DNA from: Epithemia pelagica
Taxonomy: Eukaryota > Protista > Bacillariophyta
Assembly (NCBI GenBank): GCA_946965045.2
Contig: OX337238.1
Span: 806,001 to 870,000 of the forward strand
Length of the DNA: 64,000 bases
Direction: 5' to 3'
A program made the position numbers and the translations under genes. Position 1 is the stretch's first letter. Each line of letters opens with the position of its first letter. Shown here piece after piece: positions 22,889-32,474 of the stretch. The notes below the pieces were generated by a model. The model was given only the letters and a program-made list of their open reading frames with translations. It was not told where the DNA came from and ran no database searches.

Positions 22889-22975
22889 CTCCAAAGTTTA
22901 CCGCAACCTCTGATTGGATCTCCAAAGTTTTACCAGTAACTCTGATTGGAGCTCCAAAGTTCACCGCACAAAAAG
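22889..22975. repeat. Three 31-bp tandem repeats (CTCCAAAGTTTACCGCAACCTCTGATTGGAT consensus) upstream of B copy 2
   Basis: Units start at 22889, 22920 and 22951. Each contains a variant of the GTT(C/T)ACCGC motif. Confidence 0.85.
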
Positions 22976-23048
22976 TCCAACTCCTCCTCTTCAACATACT
23001 TGGTTTTCATTGAGAGAGAAAGACACTCGTCGGAATCTCAAAGTGACC

Positions 23049-23392
23049 ATGTTTGCTCCCATTCGTAAGCGCCTTCTCGTTGCCAATCGCACTGTTGGGA
23101 CTCGTCGGTAAGACACCAGCAACTCCTGTAAGAATGTCGATTTTCAGTGGTACCATTGTCTTGGTTCTCACCCCAATCATGCTTGGGATTTTGGCACAAA
23201 CACAGAGGACTCCACTCGTGCCGTCCCATTCGAAACAAGGATTCCAACCAACCCAAACCTCAGGAACAGCAGCAGCAAGGTGGTGGAAAAGGCAAAGGAA
23301 AAGGTCCCGGAACTGCCGGCGGCTGGCCCTCCACGACGGGCAAGCCCAGTGGTGGCAATCGTTCGAATAATCCACCCCGAAAGGACAAGTAA
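23049..23392 (+). CDS. Family B copy 2: ~86 aa microprotein, 2 exons
   Basis: Join 23049..23064 + 23148..23392 (GTAAGC...TTTTCAG, 83 bp) restores the frame ...QQQQGGGKGKGKGPGTAGGWPSTTGKPSGGNRSNNPPRKDK. The donor homologous to B1 (23108) would be out of frame. Confidence 0.45.
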
Positions 23393-24433
23393 AAGAAGTT
23401 ACCATGAGATGTCGAGTCGAATGCGTGAATGATGCGAGTCGAGTGCTTGGCTGTTGTTGTTGCAGCAATCTCAACGAGTGGATGGATAGAATGGAACGTA
23501 ATTCTTATAGCATCATGAAATAGACAGGCACGAGTTCCTATTCATGCTGCATGCGCAGCTCGTTGGATTGATCTCTCCATGCCGCCATCTTATCTCCTTG
23601 CCGCTCGGTCCATCCATTCTCGAAGAGGGGGGAACGTCCAAAGACGACAAAAAGTATCTTCCATGTATCAGTTAGAAAGTAGCCTTTGGGTACTGTGAAA
23701 GGTATATTAAAATATACGCCCTAGCGAAAAGATCCAGAAAATGTTCGATACAAAAAGATCCCTAATCTCGTAAGAGAAAACGAGCAGCGATGAAGTCATC
23801 TTTTGGATATCGTAGAATCTCTGGAAGGGATCTCCGTTTCGTTTCAGTTTTGCCATGACAGGAATCGAAACCATCCGGACCTTCCGTAGCCAACCAGAAC
23901 CAGACTGAGTGGTGGTCAGCACGACTTTTAGTCATTCGCAGGGATTGCTGTGCAGATCACCTTAGACTCCTCTTCTGGTCCTGAAGTTCCACGAGGCTCC
24001 GCAACATACAAGCGATGTCGTCAGATGCACAACAGTCCCCACTCCAGAGAAATCAGGACATGGATATGATATTATGATGATGTGGCCTTTGCCCGAAAGG
24101 GAGCATTCGAATTTGGCGGCAGGACGGAAGAATCAAGTGGTCGCGTTTTTGCTTGAACAAGCGATCTGGTTCACCGCAAAGTTTGGGTCTCCTGTCGTCA
24201 TTACCGATCCAAGTTCACCGCAAAGTCTGAGGGTCTCGTACCGTAACCAGCACAGAAAGGCTCCAAGAAACCACTTGTGGGTTGGTGTGATTCCTCGTAT
24301 TAGTTGGTAGTTCTGTAACAAGCGAAACGAATTGTCTCATTCACTGGTGCATTGAACATCCCGGTTGAAGAGTGTAGTTCCTATCCACAAGAGGGGTGGA
24401 TAACACAAAAGATTCAGTTCAGGCAACATCGAC

Positions 24434-24874
24434 ATGTCGGTGGATGAAACAGCCAAAGCCTTTGCCATTGTGGCTGACAAGCTCAAAGAATCCGAAAAGA
24501 CAATCGAGGTTGAGAAAAAATTGGACAACCTTACGCAAAGCTTGGGTGTAATTTCCAAGTCGCTGGATCAGTTGAAACAAACCAGTGCAGCTCAGTTGAA
24601 AGAGTCCAAACTCCAATTTGCGATGAACTACACCCAAAAAATTGAAGAACATTATTCTCGAGAATGTTCTAGCTCCGGCCGTTCTTGGATTACCAGGCAG
24701 TTTGTTGAGCGTACGTTGATGTCGTTTCGCCAGAATCGAGCTATCTGGCTTCGCAAAGGTATGAACGAGGACGACAGAAATGCCTTTAAGGACGCGCTTT
24801 ATTGGTATCTGGGTCACCCCCCTAATATACGATATGTTGATACGGAACAAAACTACGTCATTGAATACGCATAA
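24434..24874 (+). CDS. Family A copy 2 with an inactivated presequence (leaderless 146 aa form or pseudogene)
   Basis: The core is intact (ETAKAFAIVADKLKESEK...LKESKLQFAMNY...ALYWYLGHPP). The upstream leader homologous to copy 3 lacks its ATG and has an in-frame TAG (24308) and a further TGA. Confidence 0.65.
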   Translation: MSVDETAKAFAIVADKLKESEKTIEVEKKLDNLTQSLGVISKSLDQLKQTSAAQLKESKLQFAMNYTQKIEEHYSRECSSSGRSWITRQFVERTLMSFRQNRAIWLRKGMNEDDRNAFKDALYWYLGHPPNIRYVDTEQNYVIEYA

Positions 24875-25009
24875 CGTCCCATGTCCATTTAAGCCATACC
24901 AATGAAAGGACAAGATACCGCGGTGAATACTGAAGTTTTCCATTTTCGAACGGAAACAGACCAAAGTACATTGGTAGCCTTCAACATATAATTCTGTATC
25001 AAATCAATT

Positions 25010-25560
25010 TGGCAGCTCTAAACATCGGCATTCCCAGGTACGGTGTTGAGTTTCAGTATTCGATGTTCGAACTTTCGATTTGAAGGATGCGAATAGAATA
25101 TGTATATAGTATAGTTTGAAATCTCCAATCCTGATTAGCTTCCTTTTCAAAAGACTCCTTGGATATTCCGTCAGTTCTCCGTACTCAAGCCAATATGTTG
25201 CAAAATTGATATCATCATAGTCTACGGGTAACCCAACTGATGAACCTTGTGTCCAGTGATGTTTTCGTGACTGCATCTGTAAGTGTATGATACATGGGCA
25301 TGGCGGCTCGTGAGAGGGCCAACACTACTTTCTTGGGAGTGCCGAGATTTTGAGAAAGGACCAAAATCTGTTTGTGTACCCATTCCTGAGGATGTGAACG
25401 ACAAGGACCCTCACCCTCTCAAAAGTCAGGTCGTAGATCAAAGATCCAACCACCCTGTTTACAACAAGACCGCTTTCGTTCTTTGCACGTTTAGGAAATC
25501 CTGCATGGTTCCCTCCCCTTGCTTGCTTTTTTGTATTTCGGCGACTGAAGTAGTCGACCC
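25010..25560. repeat. Module C copy 1: degenerate spacer, repeated at ~27560-28080 and partly at ~29555-29650
   Basis: Shared blocks include AAATCTCCAATCCTGATT, GCAAAATTGATATCATC, CAACACTACTTTCTTGGGAGTGCCGAGA and TCAGGTCGTAGATCAAAGATCCAACCACCC. Confidence 0.8.
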
Positions 25561-25569
25561 ACGATCACC

Positions 25570-25854
25570 ATGTTTGGTCAAGATTGCATTCCCCCGGTAA
25601 GTCACATACACTACCACCATGTGATGTGATCCGGATGCCCTGCGCTATACAATGGAATTACTCCTCTATCTCTTGTTTCTGTCTGGCCCTGCGCCGACCA
25701 GACAGTCCTCCAACAAACCCACAGCACGTCATCTGGTGGTGGGAAAGGTCAGGGAAATACTGGTGGTTGACCCTCCACCACGACGACGACGGGCAAGCCC
25801 AGTGGTGGCAACCGTTCCAATAACCCGCCTCGATTAAAGAGTCAATCCGGATAG
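25570..25854 (+). pseudogene. Family B copy 3, pseudogene
   Basis: ATGTTTGGTCAAGAT...GTAAG start like B1. The motif reads GGKGQGNTGG*PSTTTTTGKPSGGNRSNNPPR, with TGG changed to TGA at 25768. Confidence 0.7.
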
Positions 25855-26801
25855 AGAGGACGTAGGATATTCTTGAATTCTGTATATCTCAGGCTCCACT
25901 TGCCTTGCATTAAGCCTAGTTAGTTCAATGGTCTGCGAGGAAAGGCTTCTCACGCCTGTATCCATGGTATGTCGACTCTTCCATTTGTAGACAATCGTGC
26001 TCCGCAAACAAGACGGCTTTTCCGTCGTTCTGAAATTTGAAATCGAAACCATATAACTGCTAGGAAGTAGAATCTTGCTAGAACTTCAATAATATTAAAC
26101 TATACACCCTAGCATAAAGATACCATGATTATGGTCGACAAAGAAAGATACGCCCGGGGTATCTTTCCAAACACATTTCAAGAATGGCGTATTACACAGA
26201 AAAGAACAGCAGTCCGGAATACACAGAAAAGAGACGAGTCCGGAAGATCGCGAAATCTCTTATAGAAAGAGAGAAAAGGCAATAGGCGAAATGCGAAAAA
26301 GCTGGTTTTATTTGTCTGAATGGAAGAACTTGTTGTCGCCCGTCTCCTCGAAAGTGCCATGGACCACATCCAACAGCAGAATGAACTCTCTGTAATCCTC
26401 AAGCCTCTCCCCTAAATTGAAAGTCGATGTGTCGTGTTTTCAGGAAGAACTTGACACTAGCTTACTCGGGGAAGGTGCTCTCTTCTTCTTTCACATGAAT
26501 TCGTTCACATCAACGCAAAAGGGAACCATATCATCCTCGCATGGTCGTGTAAGCTTCACGACGCATACAATCAACGTCATGAGAGAGAGGGATATACAGC
26601 ATACAACAGTCCTCATTCAAGAGGAAGCAGCTCATGGATATGACGTGTGGCCTATGAGAGTCGGAAAAATCTGGTGGTCGCGTTTTTGCTTGAACTACCG
26701 ATCCGGTTCACCGCGAAGTCTGAGTATCTGAGTAGCATGCCGAATGCCGAGGGAACCAACAGCGTTCCTGCAACATAGCTCAAAAGCATTGTGGAGATAG
26801 A

Positions 26802-27401
26802 ATGATTGGTGTGATTCCCCGTACTGGGTGGCGATTCTGTACCAAGCGAAACCAATGGAGTCATTCACTGGTGCATCGACCGTCCCGATTGGAAAGTTTC
26901 CTTCCTATCCACAAATGGGGTGGACAGCACAACAGCTACAGTTCGGGAAAAATCGAAATGTCGATGGATGAAACAGCCAAAGCCTTTGCCATTTTGGCTG
27001 ACAAGCTCAAAGAATCCGAAAAGGCAATCGAGGTTGAGAAGAAATTGGAAGACATAACGCAAAGATTGGGTGTCATTTCCAAGTCGCTGGATCAGTTGGA
27101 ACAAGCCAGTGCCGCTGAGTTGAAAGAGTCCAAACTCCAATTTGCAATGAACTATTCCGATCACATCATCGCGCATTATCAACGAAACCGTCCTGGCAAC
27201 AACCGCTATTTTAGGATTTACACTGTACTTGTTCATGATACGTTGATGTCGTTTAGACAGAATCAAGGTATGTGGCTTCCTGAAGCTATGGACGAGAACG
27301 ACAGAAAAACCTATGCGGAGGCGCTTTTTTGGTATCTGGGTCATCGCCCCATTATACAATACAACGATGAAGAACAAAAATACGCCATTAGATACGCATA
27401 A
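26802..27401 (+). CDS. Family A copy 3 (intact, 199 aa) with a mitochondrial-type presequence
   Basis: MIGVIPRTGWRFCTKRNQWSHSLVHRPSRL is Arg-rich and acid-free. It is followed by a coiled coil and TLMSFRQNQGMWLPEAMDENDRKTYAEALFWYLGHRPIIQY...KYAIRYA. Confidence 0.8.
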   Translation: MIGVIPRTGWRFCTKRNQWSHSLVHRPSRLESFLPIHKWGGQHNSYSSGKIEMSMDETAKAFAILADKLKESEKAIEVEKKLEDITQRLGVISKSLDQLEQASAAELKESKLQFAMNYSDHIIAHYQRNRPGNNRYFRIYTVLVHDTLMSFRQNQGMWLPEAMDENDRKTYAEALFWYLGHRPIIQYNDEEQKYAIRYA

Positions 27402-27559
27402 CGTCCAATATCCATTATAGCCATATCGGTCAAAGCAAAAGACACCACTGTGAATATTTAAGTTGCCCATTTTCGATCCGGAAAGGACCAAAGTGAATCC
27501 GTAGCCGTCAACATAATTCTTGATCAAATCAATTCGTTTTGTCCCATTTCCACACCTTG

Positions 27560-28080
27560 TCAGCGCTGAATATCTGCATTCCAGGTACGCTGCTGAGTTC
27601 CGATATTCGCCACAGGGGCCTGTTTGAACTTTCCATTAAGGATGCGCATTGAAGAAGTGTAAAGCTTGAGATCTCCAATCCTGATTTGCTTCCGTTTCAA
27701 TCGACTCCTTGGGTATCGCGTCTGTTCTCCGTACTTAGGTCAAATATGGTGCAAAATTGATATCATCGTGGTCTCCGGGCCAGTGATGTTTTCGTGGTTG
27801 CAGCTGTAAGTGAATGATCCATGGGGGCTCGTGAGATGGCCAACACTACTTTCTTGGGAGTGCCGAGACTTTGATAAAGACCAAGATCTGTTTCCGTACC
27901 CATTCCTGAGGATACAAACGACAAAGACCCTCACCCTTCTCAAATGTCAGGTCGTAGATCAAAGATCCAACCACCCAGTTTAACCGCTTTCGTTCTTTGC
28001 ACGTTCTAATATATCATGCATGGTTCCCCTCCCTTGATTGTTTTTTTGTATTTCAGCGGCTGAAGGAATCGACCCACGAT
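27560..28080. repeat. Module C copy 2
   Basis: Collinear with 25010-25560. The A2-C1-B3 and A3-C2-B4 units have a period of ~2520 bp. Confidence 0.8.
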
Positions 28081-28084
28081 CACC

Positions 28085-28370
28085 ATGGTTGGTCCAGATT
28101 GCATTCCCCGTGTTGAAAGCTGGTAAGTCACATGCAATACCACCATGTGATCTGGATGCGGTACAATGGAATTAATGCTCAATCGCTTGTTCGTCGTAGA
28201 GTATTTGGCCACCCGTCTCGCCCTGCGCCAATCAGACAGCACTCCAGCGAACCCACAGCACGTCACCTGGAGGTGGGAGAGGTCAGGGAAATGCTGGTGG
28301 TTGGCCCTCGATGACGGGCAAGCCAAGTGGTGGCAGTCGTTCCAAGAACGCATCCCTCAAGCAAAAGTAG
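28085..28370 (+). pseudogene. Family B copy 4, degenerate
   Basis: The C-terminal frame reads GGGRGQGNAGGWPSMTGKPSGGSRSKNASLKQK*. The upstream homologous segment (RRVFGHPSRP) is in another frame. Confidence 0.6.
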
Positions 28371-28657
28371 GCACGGCTGCTTGGTATATGGAACGAGAAA
28401 CGCGCCATCGTCCGTTTGCCGGGTGAATCAACTTAATTGCTGATATCGGTGCAGGCGCACGAAACGGGACCTAGAAATAGTTGGTCTTGATAGTACGGTG
28501 AGTATCCCGGAAAAAATCCACGATATCCTTCGGCTCATTGAGGAATCCAAAGAGAACATTTGTGGTTGCATCAATGTATCATATTTCATACATTGAGGAT
28601 CTCTGAAAAAGTTTGCTCTCTTCGCTAGAGACTAGTTGTTGTTGTTGTTGTGTCATC

Positions 28658-29270
28658 ATGTTTGGTGCTATACCTTGTGTTATTTTCCTTTTCTGTTCCA
28701 GCCGCTATGAATGGTCGCATTTGCCGGCTCAGCAGTTTCGAGCACATTGCGTCGATGTTTCGCTTCGTGCTGGCAAGAAAGACGGACAATCCCAGCAATC
28801 CACCCCAACGAAGAAGCAGAAAAAGAAGGTCTCTGGAGGAGAAACCACCAAAGCCTTTGCCATTGTGGCCGACAAAGCTCAAGGAATCCGAGAAACCAGT
28901 TCAGTATAACAAAACGTTGGACAAAATAGCCCAACAGCTGGGCGTGATTTCCAAGTCGCTGGATAGATTGAAGCAAGACAGTGCCGCCGAATTGAAAGAA
29001 ATCAAGCTCCAATTTGCCATGGACTACACCGAAGATATTGCCCGGCATTTTTCTCGACACTCCCATCGTGCCTTCTATTATCGTCTGAACCAAGATTCTG
29101 TTAAGGAAACTTTGATGTTGTTTCGACAGAATGGAGGTTACTGGCTCCCCGAACCTATGGACGAGCACGACAGAAAAGCCTATGCGGACGCGCTTTTTTG
29201 GTATCTGGGTCATCGCCCCAGAATACGATATGATGATGAAGAAGAGAAATACTTCATTAGCTACGAATAA
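28658..29270 (+). pseudogene. Family A copy 4 with a +1 frameshift (pseudogene or assembly error)
   Basis: ATG 28658 gives MFGAIPCVIFLFCSSRYEWSHL...ETTKAFAIVADK. GACAAAGCTC has one more A than GACAAGCTC in copies 2, 3 and 5 (28874-28876), and LKESEK...ALFWYLGHRPRIRY continues in the next frame. Confidence 0.8.
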
Positions 29271-29774
29271 GTTTTCAGGTACATTATAGTCGGTTCCGAG
29301 TATTGAAGATTTCCGTTTTCGTTCCGGAAAGGAGTAAATTGATTTCATTTCACATATCCGTTTGCTTCATTTTGTCAATTTCTTCCTTCCCCTCTTTGGG
29401 GTAAAATCAGCAGCATCCAATAGTCGTCCTCCAAAGGTTGCGAAAGGTCGTCGGTTGCCTTTGAAGCTCTTCTCGGATGACCATGGGTACACTCATCCGT
29501 CCTGGTGAATCCTTTGCTTAAAAGGCTTTGAACAATGCTTTGTACACCTTGTCAGCTCGAAAACTCTGCATTTCCAGGTTCGCTGTCAAGTTTCAGACGG
29601 ATGCGAATACGAAAAATGTATAAAATCTCCCGTCCTGGTTTGCTTCTTTTTGAGGGGTAGGCGATATTGGTCACGTTTACAACTCAAACAACCGATCGAG
29701 TTCACCGCAAAGTCTGAGTCGCCTGTCGTGTCATCCACAAATCCCACAAAGTCCAAAGCATTGCGGAGACAGAA

Positions 29775-30338
29775 ATGATTGGTGTGATTCCCCGCACTGC
29801 TTGGCAGTTCTGTACCAAGCGAAACCAATGGTCTCATTCGCTGGTGCATCGAATCTCTCGAATGGAGACTTTACTTCCTGTCCATAGAAATTTTGGTGAA
29901 AATTACAACTCGGTGGACGAAACAGCCAAGGCCGTTGCTGCTGTGGCAGACAAGCTCAAAGGATCAGAAAAGACAATCGAGTGTGACAAGAAGTTGGACA
30001 ACATTATCCAAAAGTTGGATGCCATTTCCAATGAAGTGAAACAAGCCAGCGCCGCCGAGTTGAAAGCATCCAGACTTCAATTTGCCATGCGTTATACCGA
30101 ACATATTGCTCAATCGTTCTCTCTATGCGATGATAGCTACAGCTCTTATAACATGAACGAGGACTCGGTTGAATGTTTATTGCTGACCTTTCGACAGGGT
30201 CGAGGTTACTTTCTCCCCGAAGAAATTGAGGTAGAGGCGTGTGAAGACTTTGCCAAGGTTCTTGAAGATTACATAGGCCATCGACCCGTCGTGGAATATG
30301 ATGATGAAGTTGGCTGCTTCTTCCTCAGGTACTACTAA
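29775..30338 (+). CDS. Family A copy 5 (intact, 187 aa)
   Basis: MIGVIPRTAWQFCTKRNQWSHSLVHR leader nearly identical to copy 3. Core ETAKAVAAVADKLK...ASRLQFAMRY...YIGHRPVVEY. Confidence 0.8.
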   Translation: MIGVIPRTAWQFCTKRNQWSHSLVHRISRMETLLPVHRNFGENYNSVDETAKAVAAVADKLKGSEKTIECDKKLDNIIQKLDAISNEVKQASAAELKASRLQFAMRYTEHIAQSFSLCDDSYSSYNMNEDSVECLLLTFRQGRGYFLPEEIEVEACEDFAKVLEDYIGHRPVVEYDDEVGCFFLRYY

Positions 30339-30496
30339 TAGCACACCATGTGCGTGCACAAATTAAGAGCAACGGAAATTTTCAATCCATGTGGACACGC
30401 ATCTAAACAAACCCTTCTTCTAGCGTGCAGTTACCCTTCCTTGGGCGGACGATTTGTAGAACCATGGACCACCCGATTGTTTCCCGAAGAAAAAAA

Positions 30497-31021
30497 TCAG
30501 AACCCCGTCAGACCCTTTCCTTGCGCCATGGCCCGTTCGGATAAATCCGACAGTTCCTGGGGATAAGCCGCAATAAGACGATTGGATTCCCGTAGTAGCG
30601 TCCATCCTTCCTTGGCATGTGGGAAGAGCTTTTGGTGAATGGCCTTGTCCAGGAAGGCAGTTTCATGCATGTAGAGTCCAGCGCGGCTGAAGCATTCGCA
30701 GCATTCCGCTTCGCTAAGCACGTGTTTGTTTTTCAAATCAGAGTACCGTTGATGACCCTTTTCCACGTTTTCAAGAATCAGTTTATGGTTGTCCGTCATT
30801 TGAAATTCCCCGTGCTTGATGCTGGTGTACAGAGGTTCGTGTTCATCTTCACCGGACGGTAATTTCCCAGGCATTTGCGAACGCTGCAACAACGAACTTG
30901 AAGAAGTTGGGCCCAATGACGATGTTGTCGGCGCGCCAGCAAGATTGTTGGTAGAGCTGGAATCCTTGTTGGTTGAGATACCGCGTGACAAATGCGTAGA
31001 CCGTTGATCATGGGATTCCAT
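30497..31021 (-). CDS. Hypothetical protein embedded in the array (Ser/Thr-rich N-terminus, helical C-terminus)
   Basis: ATG-initiated 174 aa ORF with protein-like composition, divergent from family A copy 6. Confidence 0.55.
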   Translation of the reverse strand: MESHDQRSTHLSRGISTNKDSSSTNNLAGAPTTSSLGPTSSSSLLQRSQMPGKLPSGEDEHEPLYTSIKHGEFQMTDNHKLILENVEKGHQRYSDLKNKHVLSEAECCECFSRAGLYMHETAFLDKAIHQKLFPHAKEGWTLLRESNRLIAAYPQELSDLSERAMAQGKGLTGF

Positions 31022-31161
31022 CGTTGTCGATGAAGTTAAGATTGAGGTCGTACTGGAGGACGAAATTTGCCATTAATCCCCGACTCTGGCGCCGCCGTCA
31101 CGGTCAAAACCACAAGACTGAACTCAATCAGAAATCAGAACCAAGGATGCTACTACGTCTA

Positions 31162-31194
31162 CGTCACGTCACGGACCACGGGCGTGACGTGACG
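31162..31194. promoter_or_regulatory. Perfect 12-bp inverted repeat of ACGT-core (bZIP-type) elements in a divergent promoter
   Basis: CGTCACGTCACG (31162-31173), a 9-nt spacer, then CGTGACGTGACG (31183-31194). The repeat is seen directly; the function is inferred. Confidence 0.5.
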
Positions 31195-31457
31195 CGCCGT
31201 CAAAAAGTGACGAAAGCACGGGCTACTGCGCGGAAAATATTCGCGGTTCGCGCGCGGAGCTCGTACGTTGAGTTTACCCGAAAATTTGGGGTAAGGTAAA
31301 CAGGATCTTTCGCACCCCGTTGTCGTGCCCACGTCACCACACCAAAGATACCTTATACCTCCCACCATCCATCATACGCACTTATAAAACAAAAAACATC
31401 AAACCATACTACTTTCTAGACTTGTCTGGTCCATTCTACTGATCGTTTGACGAAATC

Positions 31458-32173
31458 ATGCTCGGGTTCCTTCCTTTGATTGCCTTTTTGTATTTCAACC
31501 GCAGAAATGGTAGCTCCGACTCGTCCGTGGCGCCAATCTTTCGAATCGAAAAGAACCACCATTCGGCACGAACACTCGTCGGAGACGACCAGACGAACAG
31601 CAGACATGTCGCTGTGAGTGCATCGATGGAGAATTCCAGAGAGACTGGGCCAAGCAAAGAGAGTGAGGCTCCCAAGAAGAAGCGAAATCGTTCCAAAAAC
31701 AAGAATAACAACAACAGCAATGGAGGAACGATGGGTGAAATGGCCAATGCCTTTGCCAATGCGGCCAAATTGCTTCAGAATGCCGAACAAAAGGTGGAGT
31801 ACGATGAAACATTGCTGGACATGGAACGTCAACTGGGTATCCTCGTTCATTCACTGGACGAATTGAATGAGACCAATGAGGCGCAGTTAAAAGAATCGCG
31901 ACTCCAATTTGCCATGAGGTATACGGCAGAAACGGCACACAAATTCAATGACGCCTGCAATTCCGTCCACCATCACATTGATGCATCCTATGTCGAGGGA
32001 GTTTTGTGGTCGTTTCGCAAGAACTGGGCTCACCTGTTACCGGCGGCATGGGATGAACAAGCCAGAAACATCTTTGTCGTCTTGTGTTGCACGAAATTTT
32101 GGGTCATGAACCAACCATGGATGCCGTACAAGATGGGGACCATGCTGGAAGGTATTCTGTTCGCTATGACTAA
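31458..32173 (+). pseudogene. Family A copy 6 with a frameshift near 32075-32088 (pseudogene or assembly error)
   Basis: MANAFANAAKLLQ...LKESRLQFAMRY...VEGVLWSFRKNWAHLLP. The homologous tail LHEILGHEPTM...YSVRYD* (stop 32171-32173) lies in another frame than the 287 aa track ORF. Confidence 0.75.
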
Positions 32174-32474
32174 AGATCTGCGTCATTTTCACTGGGACAG
32201 CAGTTCCCTGGGTGACAAATCTGTGCAAACCATTGTTCACTCCATGGCCCCCCGCGGCAGCAAGGTTGTCGAGAGGTATGCCTGCTACTGTGACAAGCTA
32301 ATGACGAGAAGTGCTCAATAAAAGAGATGGAGAAGTCAAATGACCAGCATCAATGGCAATATGGAGATTAAACAACTAAGCGTCCGATGAGAACCTTTCT
32401 CTCCTTCTCTACGACATGTACTTCCTTCGCAGACCTATATATATCCTGCAATTGATCTTCCGACAAGTCAAAGA

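Noticed and set aside
18511-22975. 69-bp and 31-bp repeat runs as CRISPR-like arrays
   Set aside because: They are head-to-tail tandem repeats without unique spacers, one is in-frame coding, there are no cas genes, and the context is eukaryotic.
28650-28880. Signal-peptide-like N-terminus MSSCLVLYLVLFSFSVPAA on the 206 aa track ORF
   Set aside because: It is the off-frame reading upstream of the +1 frameshift. The family-homologous N-terminus is MFGAIPCVIF... from ATG 28658.
24419-29348. Long antisense ORFs over family A copies 2, 3 and 4 (24419..24964, 26865..27527, 28680..29348) as a conserved overlapping gene
   Set aside because: Two of the three begin at TTG, not ATG. Copy 5 lacks one. 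Their similarity follows from sense-strand homology, and antisense shadow ORFs are common throughout this window.
32090-32321. Extended C-terminus of the 287 aa ORF 31458..32321
   Set aside because: It is out-of-frame read-through. The homologous LGHEP...YSVRYD tail stops at 32173 in another frame.
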